This document shows positions 60,689 to 64,000 of a stretch of DNA of 64,000 bases, piece by piece. Position 1 is the first letter of the stretch; every line of letters starts with the position of its first letter. Source of the stretch: Candidatus Pyrohabitans jungbluthii (lineage in GTDB: Archaea > Hydrothermarchaeota > Hydrothermarchaeia > Hydrothermarchaeales > BMS3B); assembly GCA_002010065.2 (NCBI GenBank), contig MTMD02000015.1, positions 32,001 through 96,000 on the forward strand. Direction: 5' to 3'. Below the pieces are notes generated by a model. That model was not told where the DNA came from. It searched no databases and saw only the letters and a program-made list of their open reading frames with translations. The translations under genes and the position numbers were made by a program.

Positions 60689-61398
60689 TGCTTATAGGCT
60701 TAGACGTCGGCTCGAGGGCCGCGAAGGCGGCTTACTACTCCGGCGATGGGTATGAGTTCCGCATAGTTAGCTCGCAGAACTGGGAGGACCTTCTGAGGGA
60801 TAAGGAAGGCGTCGTCGTCTCCACGGGCTACTTCCGCAAGCGTGTGCCGCACGATTTCAACGTAACCGAGATAACCACCGCCATCTACGGCGTTAGGCGC
60901 TTCATAAAGCGGAAGGTGGATGTAATAATAGATATAGGGGGGCAGGACACCAAGGTGATAGACATTGCGAGGAACGACTTCAGGATGAACGATAAGTGCA
61001 GCGCGGGTACGGGCACTTTCCTGGAGTACATAGCCAGCTACTTCGCTTTGGACGTAGCGGAGTTAGCGAAACTGCACCGCTTAGCCAAGTGCGCAGCGCC
61101 GATAAACTCCACGTGCAGCGTGTTCGCCCAGAGCGAGATAGTCTCCCGCTTGGTGGAGGGATACACAAAGGAGGAGGTGATTAAAGGCGTGCACCACGCC
61201 TTTGCTAAGCGAATAGCTCAGATGGTGCCCAAACGCGCGAGGAGCGTCGCCGTTATAGGAGGCACCGCCAAGAATCGTGGCGTAGTGGAGGCGCTTGGCA
61301 AGGAGCTTGGGGTTAGAGTTTTCGTACCTGAGGAGCCGCAGGTGGTTAATGCAGTTGGCGCTGTTGAGTACTACTTAGCCAGGGAGGGGGAGCGCTGA
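60688..61398 (+). CDS. ATP-dependent dehydratase activase (HgdC/BadF/BcrA family)
   Basis: GLDVGS, IDIGGQDTK, MNDKCSAGTGTFLE, STCSVFAQSE. Confidence 0.9.
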   Translation: MLIGLDVGSRAAKAAYYSGDGYEFRIVSSQNWEDLLRDKEGVVVSTGYFRKRVPHDFNVTEITTAIYGVRRFIKRKVDVIIDIGGQDTKVIDIARNDFRMNDKCSAGTGTFLEYIASYFALDVAELAKLHRLAKCAAPINSTCSVFAQSEIVSRLVEGYTKEEVIKGVHHAFAKRIAQMVPKRARSVAVIGGTAKNRGVVEALGKELGVRVFVPEEPQVVNAVGAVEYYLAREGER

Positions 61399-61910
61399 GG
61401 ATTTACTTAATCCCCTTCGGCGGTGTCGCAGAGGAATTTGCGCAGAAGCTGTGTACTGGGATAAGCGCCCATTTGAATGTGAAGTGTACTGTTCTCCCAA
61501 AACAGGAGCTTCCTGTGGTGGGATACAACGCCTCGAGGGGGCAATACTCCGGGGAAGTATTTCTCAGAGAAGTGGCCAAGCTCAGAGTTGAGGCGGGGGC
61601 GAAGCATCTGGGGATATTTGATGTTGACATTTACGCCAAGGGGCTTAAATTTATCTTCGGAATAGCCCTGATAGGAGGTGATTTCGCTCTCATATCTCTG
61701 AAGAGGCTCAGCTTTCCTGAAGAGCTCCTATTTGAGCGTGCTTTAAAAGAGGCAATACACGAGCTTGGTCACACTCTGGGCATGACCCACTGCCCCCGAA
61801 AGGACTGCGTTATGTCCTTCTCAAACAGTCTTCAGGATGTGGATGCAAAAAATGCAGATTTCTGCGAAGAGCACAGTGCACAGCTTAGACTGATTCTTGG
61901 TGAGGGATAG
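61395..61910 (+). CDS. amzA: Archaemetzincin Zn protease (start inferred at CTG 61395; first canonical start is TTG 61473)
   Basis: RGQY, DIY…FIFG, KEAIHELGHTLGMTHC…CVMSFSNS…C. Confidence 0.9.
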   Translation: MRIYLIPFGGVAEEFAQKLCTGISAHLNVKCTVLPKQELPVVGYNASRGQYSGEVFLREVAKLRVEAGAKHLGIFDVDIYAKGLKFIFGIALIGGDFALISLKRLSFPEELLFERALKEAIHELGHTLGMTHCPRKDCVMSFSNSLQDVDAKNADFCEEHSAQLRLILGEG

Positions 61911-61926
61911 CCGAGTTTTGAGCCAA

Positions 61927-62271
61927 TAGTCTAATTCTGACCTTAACCTTCTCCTGGCGGTGCCACCTCTCGCCCTTATTTCAATCCTACATTAGTCTAA
62001 TTCTGACTTCCAACATTCAGCACCCCCGTATCACTTCGCGCGCATTTCAATCCTACATTAGTCTAATTCTGACTCTGTGTAAAGTTGACTACAACGTCTG
62101 ACGCAACGTATTTCAATCCTACATTAGTCTAATTCTGACCATTTCGTTGTTCAACAGTTTTTTAAGCACATCATCATTTCAATCCTACATTAGTCTAATT
62201 CTGACCGAGATCAACGGCGAGTTCGAACTCGTGCCACTCTAATTTCAATCCTACATTAGTCTAATTCTGAC
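61927..62271 (-). CRISPR. CRISPR array: five full 30 bp repeats plus one degenerate distal repeat, five 36 bp spacers
   Basis: ATTTCAATCCTACATTAGTCTAATTCTGAC at 61978, 62044, 62110, 62176, 62242; partial copy at 61927-61941; reverse strand ends in ATTGAAAT. Confidence 0.97.
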
Positions 62272-62400
62272 CCGGCAAACTTTTTCATATTTTATCTAGA
62301 TCGCATATAAAATTTGCTCATTTTTGAGGCTGCGAATCGTGGATCTACGGTCATGCATTCTCTTTAAAAATATCCACGACTTAATCTAAGAGAATATTCT
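62272..62400 (-). promoter_or_regulatory. AT-rich CRISPR leader
   Basis: Lies on the side opposite the degenerate repeat; TATA-like TTTTTAAA on the minus strand. Confidence 0.65.
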
Positions 62401-62472
62401 TCACAGGAAAACAGCTGAGGAACGAGGCTTTGATATTGTTGGCAACGTTAAGGTAGGTTAAAGCACCTGACT

Positions 62473-62546
62473 GGGGCCGTAGGGTAGCCTGGTTATCCTC
62501 GTGGCTTTGGGAGCCATGGACTCCGGTTCGAATCCGGGCGGCCCCA
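62473..62546 (+). tRNA. tRNA-Pro(TGG)
   Basis: GGGGCCG acceptor stem, GTGGC-TTTGGGA-GCCAT anticodon arm, GGTTCGAATCC. Confidence 0.96.
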
Positions 62547-62580
62547 TTTTGACTTACTATGTATGCTTTTTACTTGTATT

Positions 62581-63183
62581 CTATTCATTTTTAAGATTTT
62601 TAATTAGATCATAAATTATAATTGACCAAGCAAATAAAATAATCGTGAATATAACAAAATCGATCAGATCTATATTTTCAAAAATTAAAATCATCAAAAA
62701 AATACTGAATAATATTATATAAATCCCAAATAAATTATGAACTCTTAATATTTCGTATATTCTAAAAGGCCCACGATATACCTTCTTTTTTTCAGATATA
62801 ATTTCTTTTAAAGCGGGGTTGTCATTTTTACAATCTTTTTCATTGAATAGCCGAGCTATCCACATTTTAAATTCAGGTGTCTTCTCAATTTGTTCTATCC
62901 TAGCATTTATTATTTGATTCGTATATGTTAGGCGTCTATCTATTAAATAGGCAATAATGAGTGGAAGGACTGATATAAGTGCGATTGCGCTTAAAAATTC
63001 AGTATCTTTTAAATTTGGGGGATTTTTAAAAATATATGTTAAAAGTACTGCCGAGGTTGGAATGAAAATGGCCATCATTTGATAACTCATATTTGTATTT
63101 TTGATTTTTTCGGTGTGAAGTCTTTCATATTCAAATTTTAATTTTTCTATTTCAAATGAAAGTTTTTCATTTTTATCACTCAT
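62581..63183 (-). CDS. Very AT-rich multi-TM membrane protein, probably horizontally acquired
   Basis: GGAGGAAGG-like SD upstream; about four TM helices; base composition far below the neighbouring genes. Confidence 0.7.
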   Translation of the reverse strand: MSDKNEKLSFEIEKLKFEYERLHTEKIKNTNMSYQMMAIFIPTSAVLLTYIFKNPPNLKDTEFLSAIALISVLPLIIAYLIDRRLTYTNQIINARIEQIEKTPEFKMWIARLFNEKDCKNDNPALKEIISEKKKVYRGPFRIYEILRVHNLFGIYIILFSIFLMILIFENIDLIDFVIFTIILFAWSIIIYDLIKNLKNE

Positions 63184-63285
63184 TTCACACCTTCCCTCCT
63201 CCAATAGTTTTTTATCTCATTATTATTTAAGCTTTTACTCATCTGCGCTTATGTTGGATGGTTTAGAATTATGGAAGCTCATCCC

Positions 63286-63966
63286 TTACACCTCAACCCC
63301 AATATAACTCAGCAGAAACGTCGTCGAATTTATCACCATGTGGGCAGTTATCACAAGGGTGAGGGAGCGCGTTCTCAAATAGGCAAAAGCGAGAATGGCG
63401 CCCAGGACGAAGATGGGGAAGAAGGCTCTGGCATCCAAATGCACCACCGCGAAGTAAGCGCTGCTGAGAACAACACCCGCCTTTTCTCCAAACCTTTTAG
63501 CAAGGGCGCTGAGCATATAGCCCCTGAAGTACACCTCCTCGCTCAGAGGGGCAAGGATGGCGCCCACTAACAGCATGACCACCAATCCCTGCTCGCTTTT
63601 TGCTGCTTCCACGAGGGCACGCTGAAGCTGGCTCTCACCAATGTAATCGTGGAGAAAGTGATAGCTCACCCTTTCAATGAGGAACATCCCAAGCCCAAGG
63701 GCTGCGCCGTAGGCAACCGTCCTTCTTTCTGCCCCGAATCCAAAATCCCTCGCTCGCCACTTCTGCCTGCCTGCAATAAGGAACGTTAGTAGGAGCAGAG
63801 ACACTGAAAAAGTACCTTGGATGAGGATAAAAAGAGGTGAGGTGAGATAGTCGGTCAAACTCTGACTGGGCATGTAGGGCATGAGCAAGTAGCCGAGAAA
63901 GAAACTCAGAGAGTAGGCAATGATAAGGATAATAAATCCAAGCTTTATACTGAGCTTTTTGGTCAT
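63286..63966 (-). CDS. CPBP/Abi (CAAX protease-like) intramembrane metalloprotease
   Basis: APLSEEVYFRG, FAVVH, AHMVIN. Confidence 0.9.
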   Translation of the reverse strand: MTKKLSIKLGFIILIIAYSLSFFLGYLLMPYMPSQSLTDYLTSPLFILIQGTFSVSLLLLTFLIAGRQKWRARDFGFGAERRTVAYGAALGLGMFLIERVSYHFLHDYIGESQLQRALVEAAKSEQGLVVMLLVGAILAPLSEEVYFRGYMLSALAKRFGEKAGVVLSSAYFAVVHLDARAFFPIFVLGAILAFAYLRTRSLTLVITAHMVINSTTFLLSYIGVEV

Positions 63967-64000
63967 GAGATACAATTCTGCTTTAGATGTATAAATAGCT

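Noticed and set aside
61942-62241. Self-targeting CRISPR spacers
   Set aside because: No match to this window noticed by eye; needs a proper search

Overview
Archaeal (euryarchaeal-type, probably anaerobic and thermophilic; a Hydrothermarchaeota-like assignment is only my impression) chromosomal segment. It is mostly housekeeping genes: purC, metG, class II RNR with cobO, aspC, ala, arfC, tfrA/B-like, an S-layer gene, aIF-1A/RIO1/Dim2, mptD, hef, rpl21e-rpo4-ksgA-dcd-pth2, ilvE and alaS. It also holds three tRNAs (Phe-GAA, Lys-CTT, Pro-TGG) and a short orphan CRISPR array. The strongest candidate for a new system is a ~6.6 kb operon at 33.1-39.7 kb. There, a 34-39 aa peptide ORF missing from the ORF track (…KLTIEDFEKAACYRDHGDYRPIAPQ) precedes an RRE/PqqD-fused radical SAM-SPASM enzyme, a second SPASM enzyme, two radical SAM enzymes with non-canonical Cys motifs, a methyltransferase, an M14 hydrolase and a TPR protein, i.e. 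a putative archaeal RiPP or peptide-derived cofactor pathway. Other signals: a ~212 nt multi-arm structured RNA with its own promoter and terminator (2914-3125, minus), a structured metG leader with an apparent AUA start, an in-frame 27 nt hairpin insertion in a tRNA-binding protein gene, a 726 bp apparently identical duplication inside the S-layer gene, and a tandem pair of sulfite-reductase-like genes with shortened Cys motifs. All family calls come from motif recognition by eye, not database searches.
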